A stretch of 64,000 nt of DNA, taken from an uncultured Acidobacteriota bacterium (GTDB lineage Bacteria; Actinomycetota; Acidimicrobiia; Spongiisociales; ZC4RG35). Of this stretch, positions 32,717 through 42,908 are shown one piece after another. How positions within the stretch are numbered: position 1 is the first letter of the stretch; every line of letters starts with the position of its first letter. The translations under genes and the position numbers were made by a program. Location of the stretch: contig CAWHEU010000025.1 of assembly GCA_963828465.1 (NCBI GenBank), positions 64,001-128,000 of the forward strand, given 5' to 3'. The notes under the pieces were generated by a model that saw nothing but the letters and a program-made list of their open reading frames with translations, ran no database searches and was not told the origin of the DNA.

Positions 32717-32953
32717 CTAGTCCGGTTTTTCCGCGTCCGGGGCTGTCGTCTCAGGAGCGGGCTTGTCCTCGGCCGGTACCTCCGAAGCTTGAGCCTCGGC
32801 ATCGTCCTCGGAGCCCTCCGACACGCCCTTGCGGAACTCCTTGGCAGAGGCCCCCAGGGACCTGGCCAGGTCGGGCAGCTTCCTCGCTCCAAAGATCAGT
32901 AGAACGATGAGCAAGACGATAAGAAGTTCTTGGGCTCTCAATCCGCTGAACAA
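32717..32953 (-). CDS. tatA: Twin-arginine translocase TatA
   Basis: ELLIVLLIVLLIFGARKLPDLARSLG..EFRKG. Confidence 0.92.
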   Translation of the reverse strand: MFSGLRAQELLIVLLIVLLIFGARKLPDLARSLGASAKEFRKGVSEGSEDDAEAQASEVPAEDKPAPETTAPDAEKPD

Positions 32954-33009
32954 ATCTAGCCCTCCTTTCCTCGCATCTTACCCATGGTCTGGTTCGAGAC
33001 AGGATGGAT

Positions 33010-33942
33010 TCATCCGAGAGCCATCGAATCGATGAACGCCTGGCTTCTTTCCCTCGTGATGAATCGGATCCGTCGATCCTTGTCCTCGATGTCGTGTGTG
33101 ACGAAAGGCCCGTATTTGTCGCTGATGAGCATGGCCCGGTCTGCCCCGGATGTGGCGAACTCGGCCACGAATTTGCGCACCGTCTGCTCACTCAGCTCGG
33201 GGTGCTCGCCCGGGCGGTAGTTCTCGGTGCGGATGAACGTATTGATACCGGCCTTGTTCGCCATATAGACGTCGGGCTCTCCCTGCGCCGCCACCTTGTA
33301 TCCGAACAGCTCGAGCAGGCCCAGCACGAACTCGGGGCCACTGACGACATCGGGATCGACCCCGCGGGCCCGCAGGCCGCGATCGAGGCCGAGAGGCACT
33401 TTGAGCTCTTCGCGCAACGGACCCAACTCATCGGAAGGAACGCGGACCGCCGTGTCGTAACTGACCGTGTGGTCGACCTCGAACTGGGAAGCAAACGGGT
33501 CCCGGGCTATGTGGGTCAGATTGAAGACTTCGCTCTCCATCGGCGGCGGCAGCTGGCCGGGGGAAGGAAGGGCGGTGCGACCTATCTCCCGGACATCGTC
33601 TCTCCCGGCGAACACGACGATCTCGGTTACGTCCGAGATCGGGAGCGTGTGGCGTTTCTCCCTCACTACCTCGACGGCCTCGTCGACGAGAAGTTCGTTC
33701 AGCACCTGGTCCTCGACGTCCGGCAACGGGACATCGAAGGACACCCGCGCCTCATTGCCATGAACATGGAAGTCCCGAACCGGGGCCGTGCGGATCGACG
33801 GCTCGACCTCAGGGGTTGGTGCGCGGAGCCAGGACTTGTCCTCCAGATCCATGCTCGCAGCCCTCTGTCGCTGCCGATACAGGCTGAAGCCGATCACGAC
33901 CAGGATGATCAAGGCGAGAAACGCCAGGCCTACACCCTCCAT
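33010..33942 (-). CDS. Hypothetical protein with N-terminal TM and possible Mrr-like C-terminal fold
   Basis: N-terminal TM; GYKV..DVYMANKAG..EQTVRKF..GADRAMLIS. Confidence 0.55.
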   Translation of the reverse strand: MEGVGLAFLALIILVVIGFSLYRQRQRAASMDLEDKSWLRAPTPEVEPSIRTAPVRDFHVHGNEARVSFDVPLPDVEDQVLNELLVDEAVEVVREKRHTLPISDVTEIVVFAGRDDVREIGRTALPSPGQLPPPMESEVFNLTHIARDPFASQFEVDHTVSYDTAVRVPSDELGPLREELKVPLGLDRGLRARGVDPDVVSGPEFVLGLLELFGYKVAAQGEPDVYMANKAGINTFIRTENYRPGEHPELSEQTVRKFVAEFATSGADRAMLISDKYGPFVTHDIEDKDRRIRFITRERSQAFIDSMALG

Positions 33943-33975
33943 CGAGTTTCCCTCTCTCTCACGGCCTGCATGATT

Positions 33976-36075
33976 CTACGGACCCGGCTCGGACTCAGAA
34001 GCCGGGTCATCCTCGACAGCCTCCATGTCCCCGAGCCAGATCTCGGCGGTCGGCTCGTCGGCGCCGGCATTGAGACGCTCGATCATCCGGTCCTTGGAAG
34101 TGATGGTGCCGAAGGCTGTCACCACATCGCCGTTTCGGAGCACAGTGTCACCACTGGGCACCTGGACCTCTCGCTCCCTCCGGATCGACACCAGGGTCGA
34201 TCCTTCGGGCCAGGCGACCTCCCGGATCGAGCGGCCGTCGGCCATCGATCCCGGCGGGATGCGGAACTCGTAATACCCGGCGCCCGGGGCGGTGCGCTGG
34301 GCCAGACGCGCACGCTGCAACTCGACATCGGTGCTCGAGGTCAGCGCCTCGTGATAGGCGCGGACTGCGTCCTCTCGTCTGAAGACCCCTACCAGGCGCT
34401 CCGGATCGTCCTCGGACACCACCGGCAGCCTTCCGACACCGAGCACGGCCATGCGCTCCAGGGCTGTGGACACCGGCGTGGTCTGCACCACCGTGGCCGG
34501 TCGGTGAGTCATGGCATCGCCCACACAGTCCTGATCATTGCCGGCCCGGGCGATGTCCGAAAGTGTGATGATCCCCACCAATCGACCGTCCTCGACGACG
34601 GGTAAGCCATGGGATCGGGTCCGGTGCAGCCTCTCCTCCACCTCGGCCAGCGCATCGCCTGTCGCACAAACTTGCGGCTCAGAAGCCATGACCGAGCCGA
34701 CATCGATGGTGTCGAGCAGGTCGACCTCGCCAGTCCTTCGCACGTTGATGCCCATGTGGTCGAGGATCATCGTGTAGATGGAGTCGGGATGAAAACGCTC
34801 GGCGAGGAAGGTGCCGAGAGTCGCCGTGAGCATCAGCGGCAGGATGAGTTGGTAATCCCGGGCCCCGGTGACTTCGAAAACCATCAGGATGGCGGTGAGC
34901 GGCGCCCGCCCCACCACAGCGAACATGGCGGCCATGCCGACAACAGCGAAGGCGCCCGACTCGATCGGAGACGGCCAGATCTCGCCCACGAGCAAAGCGA
35001 ATCCCGTTCCGACGGCTGCGCCCATGAACAGCGATGGCATGAAGGCGCCACCCGATGCGCCCGAGGTGGTGGTGAGACTGGTGGCGACGGCTTTGCCAAT
35101 CGCAAGGAGGATCAGGGTCCACCACACCGAGGAGCCCACATCACCGGCAAGGAGTCCGTTCATGACGGACTGACCCGTCCCGAACAACCTGGGCTCGAAG
35201 AAGATCAGCCCGGCGACGAGTAGGCCGGCGATGAGCGGGCGGACAAAGCCCAGTGCCCGAGCGCGGGGGCGGAGAAAGCTGTCGAGACGGCCCAGTCCGT
35301 TCAGGAAAAGCACTCCGATCAGGACGATGGCGAGCGCGAGACCGGCGTAGAGGATCAGCTCACTGAATTCCTGGAGCCGGTACACATCGGTCTGGAGTTC
35401 CAGTTGCTCGCCCACAATCGTCCGCGTGGTGACGGCGGCGGTGATCGAGGCGATGACGATGGCGGACATGTGTCGGGCCGCGAACGACGAGAGGATGACC
35501 TCGAGGGCGAAGAGCATGCCGGCAATCGGGGCGTTGAAAGCGGCGCCGATCCCCGCACCGGCCCCGGCCGCAACCAGGGACCGCACCTGATCCTCTCCGA
35601 GGTTGAAGCGACGGGATATGACCGAGCCAACGGCGGCCCCGATCTGGACGATGGGTCCCTCCCGGCCCGCCGAGCCGCCGACGCCGATGGTGGCCGCCGT
35701 GGCCAGGATCTTCAGCGGGATGACCCGGCCCCGCATCCGACCGCTGTGCACCTCGAGGGCGGCCACGGACTCTGGCACTCCGTCGCCGGCGACCTCCGGC
35801 GCAAATCTTCGGGCGAGGAACCAGGCGAAGAGAAAGCCGGTCGGGACGGTCAGAAAAATCCAGGGATGGCCTTGGTCGATTGCGAAAGGGAGGAAGAACT
35901 CTTCCAACCAGTCGACGAGGTAGATGAGCGCTGCCGCCCCCAGACCAACTCCCACACCCACCAAGGCGGATATAGCGAGGAATCCACCCATCTGTCTTTC
36001 GGCGAGAACGCCAACTGCGGGGAGACGGCGGATGCTCTCCAACGGCTTGGTCACGTGAAGGCAGAGTATTCCCAT
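33976..36075 (-). CDS. CLC chloride channel/antiporter with CBS and TrkA_C domains
   Basis: GDGVPE, GREGP, GGAFMP; CBS pair; IRR...VPSGDTVL. Confidence 0.92.
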   Translation of the reverse strand: MGILCLHVTKPLESIRRLPAVGVLAERQMGGFLAISALVGVGVGLGAAALIYLVDWLEEFFLPFAIDQGHPWIFLTVPTGFLFAWFLARRFAPEVAGDGVPESVAALEVHSGRMRGRVIPLKILATAATIGVGGSAGREGPIVQIGAAVGSVISRRFNLGEDQVRSLVAAGAGAGIGAAFNAPIAGMLFALEVILSSFAARHMSAIVIASITAAVTTRTIVGEQLELQTDVYRLQEFSELILYAGLALAIVLIGVLFLNGLGRLDSFLRPRARALGFVRPLIAGLLVAGLIFFEPRLFGTGQSVMNGLLAGDVGSSVWWTLILLAIGKAVATSLTTTSGASGGAFMPSLFMGAAVGTGFALLVGEIWPSPIESGAFAVVGMAAMFAVVGRAPLTAILMVFEVTGARDYQLILPLMLTATLGTFLAERFHPDSIYTMILDHMGINVRRTGEVDLLDTIDVGSVMASEPQVCATGDALAEVEERLHRTRSHGLPVVEDGRLVGIITLSDIARAGNDQDCVGDAMTHRPATVVQTTPVSTALERMAVLGVGRLPVVSEDDPERLVGVFRREDAVRAYHEALTSSTDVELQRARLAQRTAPGAGYYEFRIPPGSMADGRSIREVAWPEGSTLVSIRREREVQVPSGDTVLRNGDVVTAFGTITSKDRMIERLNAGADEPTAEIWLGDMEAVEDDPASESEPGP

Positions 36076-36112
36076 CCCATCGTTTCACGGACTCACGTCA
36101 CAGAATGGGCCC

Positions 36113-36946
36113 GTGCGATTCCGATCTCACGTCTTACGACCTCTCGAGCCGGAGAGCCCGTGGAACCGGTTGGTGCTCGCGCTGGCTGCCCTCGCCGGGA
36201 TCGTGGGTGCTTACCTCACGCTGGCTCAGGATGCCGAGCCACTCCTGGCCATCGAGGCCGCAGGCACGGCTTTCCTGTCATGGGCGCTGGCCCGAGAGAT
36301 CGACCCGGATCGCCAGATCCCCGCTTTGGTGCTCGCCATCTTCGGTGGGGCCTGGGCGCTGCTCGGATTCGAGACGGCCATCCTGCCTTTCACCGCCCTG
36401 CTGATGTCGACGAGACTCGTGGTGGAAACCACCGGGCGGCGCCCACTTCCCACCGACCTGGCCGGGCTCGCCGTCGTCGCCACGGTCGTCTCCTTCACGC
36501 CATTGGGGTGGGTGATGGGGTTCGGACTGGCCGTGGCGATATACGTCGACGCCCGGATGGCAGAGGAGCCCAACCGCTCGGCTCTCTTCGCGGCGTTGGC
36601 TGGGGCGATCGGTTCGTCGGTCGTGGCCAGCCTCAGCGGTACCTATCCCAGGACCCTCCCCACGGTCGACCCTCTTGTCATGGCCGCGTTGGGTGTGCTC
36701 GCACTGATCGCTGTGCTCCGGGAGCCGCTCGAACCGGTTTCATTCGTCGACAGCCGGACCAAGAAGTTCCTGCGGCGAGACCGGCTTCAGGCGGGCCGTG
36801 CCCTCGCGGCGATCCTTGTGTTCCTTGGCGCGCTCGTTTCGGGAGCGATTGCTCCGGCGGTGGTGCCGATGACCCTGGTCGTCGCCTCTGCCCTCGCCTC
36901 TACCGAGGTGGAGCGTCTACAACGAGCAAGCAACCACCCCGGGTAG
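36113..36946 (+). CDS. Hypothetical membrane protein
   Basis: Hydrophobic ORF with WALAREIDPD motif. Confidence 0.7.
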   Translation: MRFRSHVLRPLEPESPWNRLVLALAALAGIVGAYLTLAQDAEPLLAIEAAGTAFLSWALAREIDPDRQIPALVLAIFGGAWALLGFETAILPFTALLMSTRLVVETTGRRPLPTDLAGLAVVATVVSFTPLGWVMGFGLAVAIYVDARMAEEPNRSALFAALAGAIGSSVVASLSGTYPRTLPTVDPLVMAALGVLALIAVLREPLEPVSFVDSRTKKFLRRDRLQAGRALAAILVFLGALVSGAIAPAVVPMTLVVASALASTEVERLQRASNHPG

Positions 36947-36956
36947 CGTGGGCGGC

Positions 36957-37172
36957 ATGTGCAGATCGATAAAAGTACTAAGGGAGGGCGCCACCCCGGC
37001 TCCCACCGAGGAGATTGAGGCGGCAGCGCTTCAGTTCGTCCGCAAGATCTCAGGATTCAGCCGACCGGCCGGCCACAACGAGGACGTCTTCCACCAGGCT
37101 GTCCACGAGATCAGCGAAGCCTCGATGCGCCTGCTCGACGGGCTGGAGATCCGGGGAGCCAAGGCCTCCTAG
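36957..37172 (+). CDS. DUF2277 family protein
   Basis: MCRSIK.L...[16 protein letters not shown]. Confidence 0.85.
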   Translation: MCRSIKVLREGATPAPTEEIEAAALQFVRKISGFSRPAGHNEDVFHQAVHEISEASMRLLDGLEIRGAKAS

Positions 37173-37786
37173 GTCTGGTCCAACCCTGCCGGCACCCGGC
37201 TCGGCGCCATGATCGAGTCGACCAGGCCGTATTCGACCGATTGCTCGGCGGTCAGCCAGCGATCACGATCGGTGTCTCTGGTGACGGTCTCGACCGTCTG
37301 GCCGGTGTGACGGGCAAGGATGACATTCATCTCCTCCTTCTGCCGGACGATCTCCTTGGCGTGAATCTCTATATCCGAAGCCTGGCCTTCTAGCCCGCCC
37401 CCCATCAGATGAGGCTGATGGATGAGCACTCGGGCGTGGGGGAGGACATACCTCTTCCCCGGGGCCCCGGCGGCAAGGATCACGGCTGCCGCTGAAGCAG
37501 CCATTCCGATGCAAGCGGTCATCACCTCTGGCTTGATGTGCTGCATCGTGTCGTAGATCGCCATCATCGAAGACATCTCCCCTCCGGGCGAGTTGATGTA
37601 AAGAGCGATGTCCTTGTCCGGGTCCTCGCTCTCGAGATGGATCAACTGAGCGACGATCAGGTTCGCCGTGTCGGCGTCGACCGCTCGGCCGAGGAACATG
37701 ACACGATGCCCGAGCAGCCGTGAGTAGATGTCGTATGCCCGCTCTCCCCTGCTCGTCTGCTCGATCACGGTCGGTATCAGCATCAT
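37169..37786 (-). CDS. clpP: ATP-dependent Clp protease proteolytic subunit
   Basis: [32 protein letters not shown]. Confidence 0.95.
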   Translation of the reverse strand: MMLIPTVIEQTSRGERAYDIYSRLLGHRVMFLGRAVDADTANLIVAQLIHLESEDPDKDIALYINSPGGEMSSMMAIYDTMQHIKPEVMTACIGMAASAAAVILAAGAPGKRYVLPHARVLIHQPHLMGGGLEGQASDIEIHAKEIVRQKEEMNVILARHTGQTVETVTRDTDRDRWLTAEQSVEYGLVDSIMAPSRVPAGLDQT

Positions 37787-37855
37787 CTTCTCCTTTGTGC
37801 AACCCATCGGTTGCGGGTAAGCATAACACCCACGCGCAACTGCTAAGTTGCAGGT

Positions 37856-38272
37856 ATGCAGGAAGAGCGTTTCGAAGAGCTGGCAGGTGACATCAGCGTC
37901 GAAAGGACCGTCACCCTCCCCGCCGACCCGGGCACGGTCTGGGAGCGTCTCACCGACGAGAACCTGGTCGGGGACTGGATGGAGGGTGATGTCTCGATCG
38001 ACGCCCGCCCCGGTGGCGTCATAACGATGACTCCGGAGGAGGGGGCGCCGGTCTGGGGCACCGTCGAGGAAGTCGTTCCCGGTCGTCGCCTCCAGTGGAG
38101 CTGGCGGACCGACGATGGGCTCCCCACGCAGGTCGAGATCGAACTGGAACAGGTGGAGGAGGGCACCACCCTCATCGTCCGCGAGACCCTGCTCCCGTGG
38201 ACGATCACAGGTCTTCCCCCCCAGTGGGGTGGATCCCCTTTTCCGAGGGCTTCTCTGTCCGTAGCGGCCTGA
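37856..38272 (+). CDS. SRPBCC/AHSA1 domain protein
   Basis: [25 protein letters not shown]. Confidence 0.85.
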   Translation: MQEERFEELAGDISVERTVTLPADPGTVWERLTDENLVGDWMEGDVSIDARPGGVITMTPEEGAPVWGTVEEVVPGRRLQWSWRTDDGLPTQVEIELEQVEEGTTLIVRETLLPWTITGLPPQWGGSPFPRASLSVAA

Positions 38273-38577
38273 TGATCCCCCACGAGGTCTTCGCCGCCCT
38301 GGCCGACCCGACCCGTCTCGAGGTGTTGAACCGTCTGGCCGACGGGGGGCCGGCCACTGCCACCGAGCTGTCCGCTGCAATGCCCATCTCCCGTCAGGCG
38401 GTGACCAAGCATCTCGCCGCCCTGGACGCCGCCGGTCTTGTCGAACGACACCCCTCCGGACGAGAGGTGCGCTACACCTTCGATCCAGAGCCCTTGGGAG
38501 ACGTCGTCAAATGGGCTGAGAAGGTCGGCGACACCTGGGACCAACGTCTCGGACGGCTGAGTCGCAGCGTCGAATAG
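38272..38577 (+). CDS. ArsR/SmtB family regulator
   Basis: [26 protein letters not shown]. Confidence 0.9.
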   Translation: MIPHEVFAALADPTRLEVLNRLADGGPATATELSAAMPISRQAVTKHLAALDAAGLVERHPSGREVRYTFDPEPLGDVVKWAEKVGDTWDQRLGRLSRSVE

Positions 38578-38712
38578 CGCGAAACCCGCAACCTCAGGTT
38601 CCGTGGCCCGGATACGGGTCGAACTGCCTCACGTACGGGACCCTTCGATCCCGCTCGCGGCGAACTCGAGACGATGCGGCCGAATTATGAACCAGGAACC
38701 TGAGGTTGCCCG

Positions 38713-39585
38713 CTAGGCCAGAAGCAGGGTGCCCACGCCGAGCCGCTCTGCGTTGACGAGGGCGAGGTGGGCGGCGGCGACATCCTGCGCGGCCACCCCG
38801 ACACTCTTGAAGACCGTCACGTCCTCGGCGATCTCGGGGCTGGTCCCGTCGAGCAGCTCGCGTAACGAGGTGTCGGGCAACCTCCCGGCCTGGATCAGGT
38901 CGCCGGCTTCTTCGGCCGCCGCCGAGAGGTCGTCGACCACCACATAGGCCCGCTCGAGCAGATCGGGCGCCAGCTCGGCCATGTCCGGCGTGTAGGCGCC
39001 GATGGCATTGACGTGGGCGCCTTCCCGAACGCTCGCCTCGGCCAAGATGGGGGATGTCGCCGGGGTGGCACATGAGATCACATCGGCCTGGGCGGCGGCT
39101 TCGGCGGCATCGTCGACGTGCTCGCCGCCGACCATCTCGGCGAGCAATCTCGCATTGACCGGATTCCGGGACCAGACCATGACCCGATCGATCGGCCGGA
39201 CCGTCCGCACCGCCTCGATCTGGTCGAAGGCCATCGCCCCCGCCCCGAGCATGGCCAGCGTGCTCGCTTCGCTGGTCGCCAGCAACGCCGTGGCAAGCCC
39301 GCACACGGCGCCGGTCCGGATGGCGGTGAGAGTCGGCCCGTGGACCAGGCCCAGAGGGGTCCCGTCGGGTGCGAATACGACCACCAGGCCGGCGGGATCC
39401 CCGGGCACGGTCGAAACCACCTTGACCGCGATGATGTCGTCGAGCCTTCCCGGCATGACCAGCGAACTGCCGACAACGGTCCGGAGCGGGGTTTCCGCCT
39501 CGGCGGAGAAGGCGTGCTCCATCGCCCGGATCGCATCGGACATAGGGAGCGCCTGCCGGGTTTCGGCAGAATTCAGGTACCGCAT
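38713..39585 (-). CDS. Ornithine cyclodeaminase/mu-crystallin family
   Basis: LTAIRTGA, GAGAMA, HVNAIG, FKSVG.AAQD. Confidence 0.9.
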   Translation of the reverse strand: MRYLNSAETRQALPMSDAIRAMEHAFSAEAETPLRTVVGSSLVMPGRLDDIIAVKVVSTVPGDPAGLVVVFAPDGTPLGLVHGPTLTAIRTGAVCGLATALLATSEASTLAMLGAGAMAFDQIEAVRTVRPIDRVMVWSRNPVNARLLAEMVGGEHVDDAAEAAAQADVISCATPATSPILAEASVREGAHVNAIGAYTPDMAELAPDLLERAYVVVDDLSAAAEEAGDLIQAGRLPDTSLRELLDGTSPEIAEDVTVFKSVGVAAQDVAAAHLALVNAERLGVGTLLLA

Positions 39586-40823
39586 CAGGCCAGGACGTTC
39601 TTGACTGCCACGTCGATCGGCTCCCGATCGACGGAGAGGAAGGTCATCGGGACGTCAGTGTCGAACTCGATGGAAGCTCCGGTGTAGGCCTGGGCGACGA
39701 GGGATCCGATCGATGGAGCGAGCTTGAATCCATGTCCGGAGAACCCGTTGGCGACCCAAAGGCCGTCGACACCCGAAGGGCCGACAACGGGATGGACGTC
39801 CTCCCGGTTGATGGTGTACAGACCGGCGACTCCGGAGACGCCACCCCTCGCCTCCAGCCCCGGGACGCGGTGGTGGAAAGCGGCCAGCTTGATCTCGGTG
39901 AAGGCGGCGTCAGGAACCCGCTTGTAGTCGTCGGGATCTTCGATCACCTCCTCCTCGTCCTCGGCCAGCACCGATCCAACCAGGACCTGCTGTCCCCCGG
40001 TCTCGGGCCGGAAGTAGATGCCGGTCGTGGCGTCGGCCCCCACGGGCACCGGGCCCAGGTCCCGGGGCCAGGACCGGTAGACGGTCTGGATCCGCGTCGG
40101 AGTGAGGGTCCAGCGCAACTCTGCGCCGGCCATCGCATTGAGCTGGTTGCACCATGGCCCTGCCGCGTTGACCACCAGTTCCGCTGAGATCTCGGTCCCG
40201 TCCTCGAGTCGGACCCCGGTCACGCGACCGTTCTCCTTCAAGACTTCAGTCACCTTGGAGTTGAACTCGACGGTGCCGCCCAGACGTCGGGTGGCCTCGA
40301 TCAGGTCCTGGTTGGCCCCGACTGGCTCGGCATAACCTCCGAGACTCTCGTAGAGGAATGCCTCGCCGGGGGCACACTGATGCTCGATCTCCCCGGTGAG
40401 GTCGAAGGGCACACCACAGGTGGAGAGGGATGGGAACAACTCGGTCACGTCATCGGGGCCAATGGCCTCCGCTTTCACCCCTTCACCCATGAGCTTGTCG
40501 GCGTCCGACCCGACCTGCTCCTGGCTCTCTCCCATCATCCAGAGGACGCCGACCCGCTGCAGCCCCGACCTCGGCTCGTCCAGGCCGGTGAACTCGGCCC
40601 AGTTGCCATACGCCTCTTGGCCGTGGAAGGCGAGACGGACCACCTCTGGATGTGTGTAACGACAGCGGCAGATCGATGATGACGCGCCGGTCGAGCCTTC
40701 GGCCGGGCCTTTTCCCTTGTCGAGGGCGACCACACTGCCCACGCCGTGACGGGCCAGCTGGTAGGCGATGGAGGACCCGATGATGCCGGCCCCCACCACG
40801 ACCACGTCGGCCGTGCGCTTCAT
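39585..40823 (-). CDS. FAD-dependent oxidoreductase (DAO/sarcosine oxidase beta-like)
   Basis: VVVGAGIIG, VNAAGPW, GFSGHGFKLAP. Confidence 0.9.
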   Translation of the reverse strand: MKRTADVVVVGAGIIGSSIAYQLARHGVGSVVALDKGKGPAEGSTGASSSICRCRYTHPEVVRLAFHGQEAYGNWAEFTGLDEPRSGLQRVGVLWMMGESQEQVGSDADKLMGEGVKAEAIGPDDVTELFPSLSTCGVPFDLTGEIEHQCAPGEAFLYESLGGYAEPVGANQDLIEATRRLGGTVEFNSKVTEVLKENGRVTGVRLEDGTEISAELVVNAAGPWCNQLNAMAGAELRWTLTPTRIQTVYRSWPRDLGPVPVGADATTGIYFRPETGGQQVLVGSVLAEDEEEVIEDPDDYKRVPDAAFTEIKLAAFHHRVPGLEARGGVSGVAGLYTINREDVHPVVGPSGVDGLWVANGFSGHGFKLAPSIGSLVAQAYTGASIEFDTDVPMTFLSVDREPIDVAVKNVLA

Positions 40824-41827
40824 GGAACGGCGACCCGGTAGTCGCCAGCCTCCTCGTCCCAGGTCAGCTCGATCTGGCCCTTGGTCGCGGCGGCCTTGCA
40901 GAACTGGAGGAATCCCGAGTAGCCAAACTTCTTCTCCGTGAACGTCGGATCCTTCTTGCGGAGCTGGTTCTTGAGACCGGACAGATAGACCGGAGAGCTC
41001 TTCTTCGACAGATCGGTCACCACCTCGACCAGTTGGTCGAAGGCCGCGCCTTCCCCTGATCCCTCAGACGGGAACTGGACTATTGGATCCCCACGCCCCG
41101 GCCCTTCCGAAGTCTCGATCACGCCCTGGGACTCCAGATGGTTAAGCAGTTCCCCGAAGGCCCGGAACCCGTAATCGGCTTCGCTGAAGGTTGAGTCCTT
41201 TCGCAGCAGGGCACGCTTCAAGGACGAAGCGAGAACCTCTCCCCCACCGCTCCTGAGAAGACCCGAAAGGGTCGTCGTTATCAGCGACGCCAGCTCCGGG
41301 GTCGTTTCGTCGACTTGCTCGCCCTCCTCGACCGGCGCGCTGACCCGGCTCGGCTCGACACCATCCAGGTTCTCATAGAAGAGGAACTCATCACAGGCGG
41401 GCGGAAGCAACGCCGAGGTCGATGCCTTGACCCCGACACCGATCACCTTCTTGTTCAACTCGCGCAGCTTGTGGACCAGTGGGGTGAAGTCGGAATCCCC
41501 GGTGCAGATGACGAAGGTCGTGATGTAGTCGCGTTCGAAGGCGACCTCGATGGCGTCGACCACCATTTTGATGTCGGCGGCGTTCTTGCGGCTTGCCCCC
41601 ATCCGCTGCGGGATCTCGATGAGCTCGATGTGACTCCGCGTCAGCTTCTGACGGGCATCGGAGAACATACCCCAGTCGGCATAGGCCTTCCGGGTGACGA
41701 CGCGGCCCCGCTCGGCGAGGGCATTGCCGATCGGCTCGAAGTCGAACTCCATCCCCCCCAACGCCTCCCGCACGCCGATGGCCAGGTTCTCGAAGTCGAC
41801 GAACAGGGCAATGCGCTCTTCTTCCAT
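40820..41827 (-). CDS. NYN-domain protein with two OST-HTH/LOTUS domains
   Basis: FVDFEN, KNAADIKMVVD, GDSDF; two K..L.+KD.TF.E..+G+..F repeats. Confidence 0.9.
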   Translation of the reverse strand: MEEERIALFVDFENLAIGVREALGGMEFDFEPIGNALAERGRVVTRKAYADWGMFSDARQKLTRSHIELIEIPQRMGASRKNAADIKMVVDAIEVAFERDYITTFVICTGDSDFTPLVHKLRELNKKVIGVGVKASTSALLPPACDEFLFYENLDGVEPSRVSAPVEEGEQVDETTPELASLITTTLSGLLRSGGGEVLASSLKRALLRKDSTFSEADYGFRAFGELLNHLESQGVIETSEGPGRGDPIVQFPSEGSGEGAAFDQLVEVVTDLSKKSSPVYLSGLKNQLRKKDPTFTEKKFGYSGFLQFCKAAATKGQIELTWDEEAGDYRVAVP

Positions 41828-42032
41828 GCGAGCAAGCGTAGGCGAGCAACAAAGGGCATTTGATCGTGAATCACCGCCCCTCATGTCGGAGCTTCGAGGC
41901 CGAGATCGATCTGTGACGCAAAGGCTGACCCTCTTGGGTGGGAAGCACCTTCCTCGCATGGAAGGGAACGGAGCCACCGAGTGGTCCCGCTGCCTGACGC
42001 CGCTCGTCTCCTACCCTTTATGTCCTGGTTTC

Positions 42033-42105
42033 GCCCTCGTAGCTCAGGGGATAGAGCACCGGTTTCCTAAACCGGGTGTCGCAGGTTCGAATCCTGCCGA
42101 GGGCG
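42033..42105 (+). tRNA. tRNA-Arg (CCT), intact; anchors the repeat array
   Basis: GCCCTCG/CGAGGGC acceptor stem, CCGGT-TTCCTAA-ACCGG anticodon arm, GCAGG-TTCGAAT-CCTGC T arm. Confidence 0.97.
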
Positions 42106-42206
42106 CCGAACCCCGGTTTGCCTTGTATTCATTGACTATCTGGCGCATACAGTCGATGTCTTCCGGCCCTGGTGAATCCCCGTGGCGCAGTTCGTAGAGT
42201 TCAACG

Positions 42207-42752
42207 ATGGCGTCAAATGAGCGACGCACCGCCGGTCTCCTCCTGGTCTCGGGGTTCGGATTTCTTATGGTCGCTGCTGTCCTGTTCACGGGAGGACCAG
42301 GCGGACCAGCCTTGCCTGAATGGCAGAGCCTTGCCCTTGGCTTGGGATTGGTCGTGACGTTGTTCGGTTTGGCCACATTCGAACTTGTCGTCCGTGACGC
42401 CGGAGAGCGCGTTCTGGGGCGACTGGGAACGATCGCTTTCCTTCTTGGGTGTGTTTCGTGGATCGTTGCGGATGCCGTCGCACTGGGCGGGCTGCCATGG
42501 ATATTCGAACTCGAACGGAACTACGTGGTGCTGGCCTGCTTTGCCCAGGTGGCCTTGGGCTGGGCAATTCTTCGCACCGAAGTCCTCCCCCGCTGGCTCG
42601 GTCGGGCAGCCATCGGGTGGAGCGTGGTCTGGGCTGCCCTCTACGTCAGCCGGATTGTGGAGGCGCCACTCCCTCTCAACCTGATCACTTTCCTTTTTGG
42701 CCTCTCGCTCCTCCGTCCCTGGCCATCCAGACCCCGGACGACGCAGGATTGA
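42207..42752 (+). CDS. Hypothetical membrane protein (unit 1)
   Basis: Multi-TM ORF with a LPRWLG motif. Confidence 0.7.
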   Translation: MASNERRTAGLLLVSGFGFLMVAAVLFTGGPGGPALPEWQSLALGLGLVVTLFGLATFELVVRDAGERVLGRLGTIAFLLGCVSWIVADAVALGGLPWIFELERNYVVLACFAQVALGWAILRTEVLPRWLGRAAIGWSVVWAALYVSRIVEAPLPLNLITFLFGLSLLRPWPSRPRTTQD

Positions 42753-42908
42753 ATAACGCGATCCGGCCTCACGCCCGATCTGGGGTAGATGGGCCAACCC
42801 GGGGCAGCCCATTTTCGAAATGGGGTCAACCATCCTTGGCCTGCCGGAGGTGTTTGGTTGTCCGGATCACCCCGACCAGACGGCCTCGGCGGCGTAAGGT
42901 GCGACAGG

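Noticed and set aside
12874-36972. Long opposite-strand ORFs (562, 504, 533 and 522 aa)
   Set aside because: High-GC shadow frames of well-supported genes.
40820-41827. NYN RNase as part of the cassette system
   Set aside because: It lies outside the array on the 5' side of the tRNA and overlaps a metabolic gene; adjacency is the only link.
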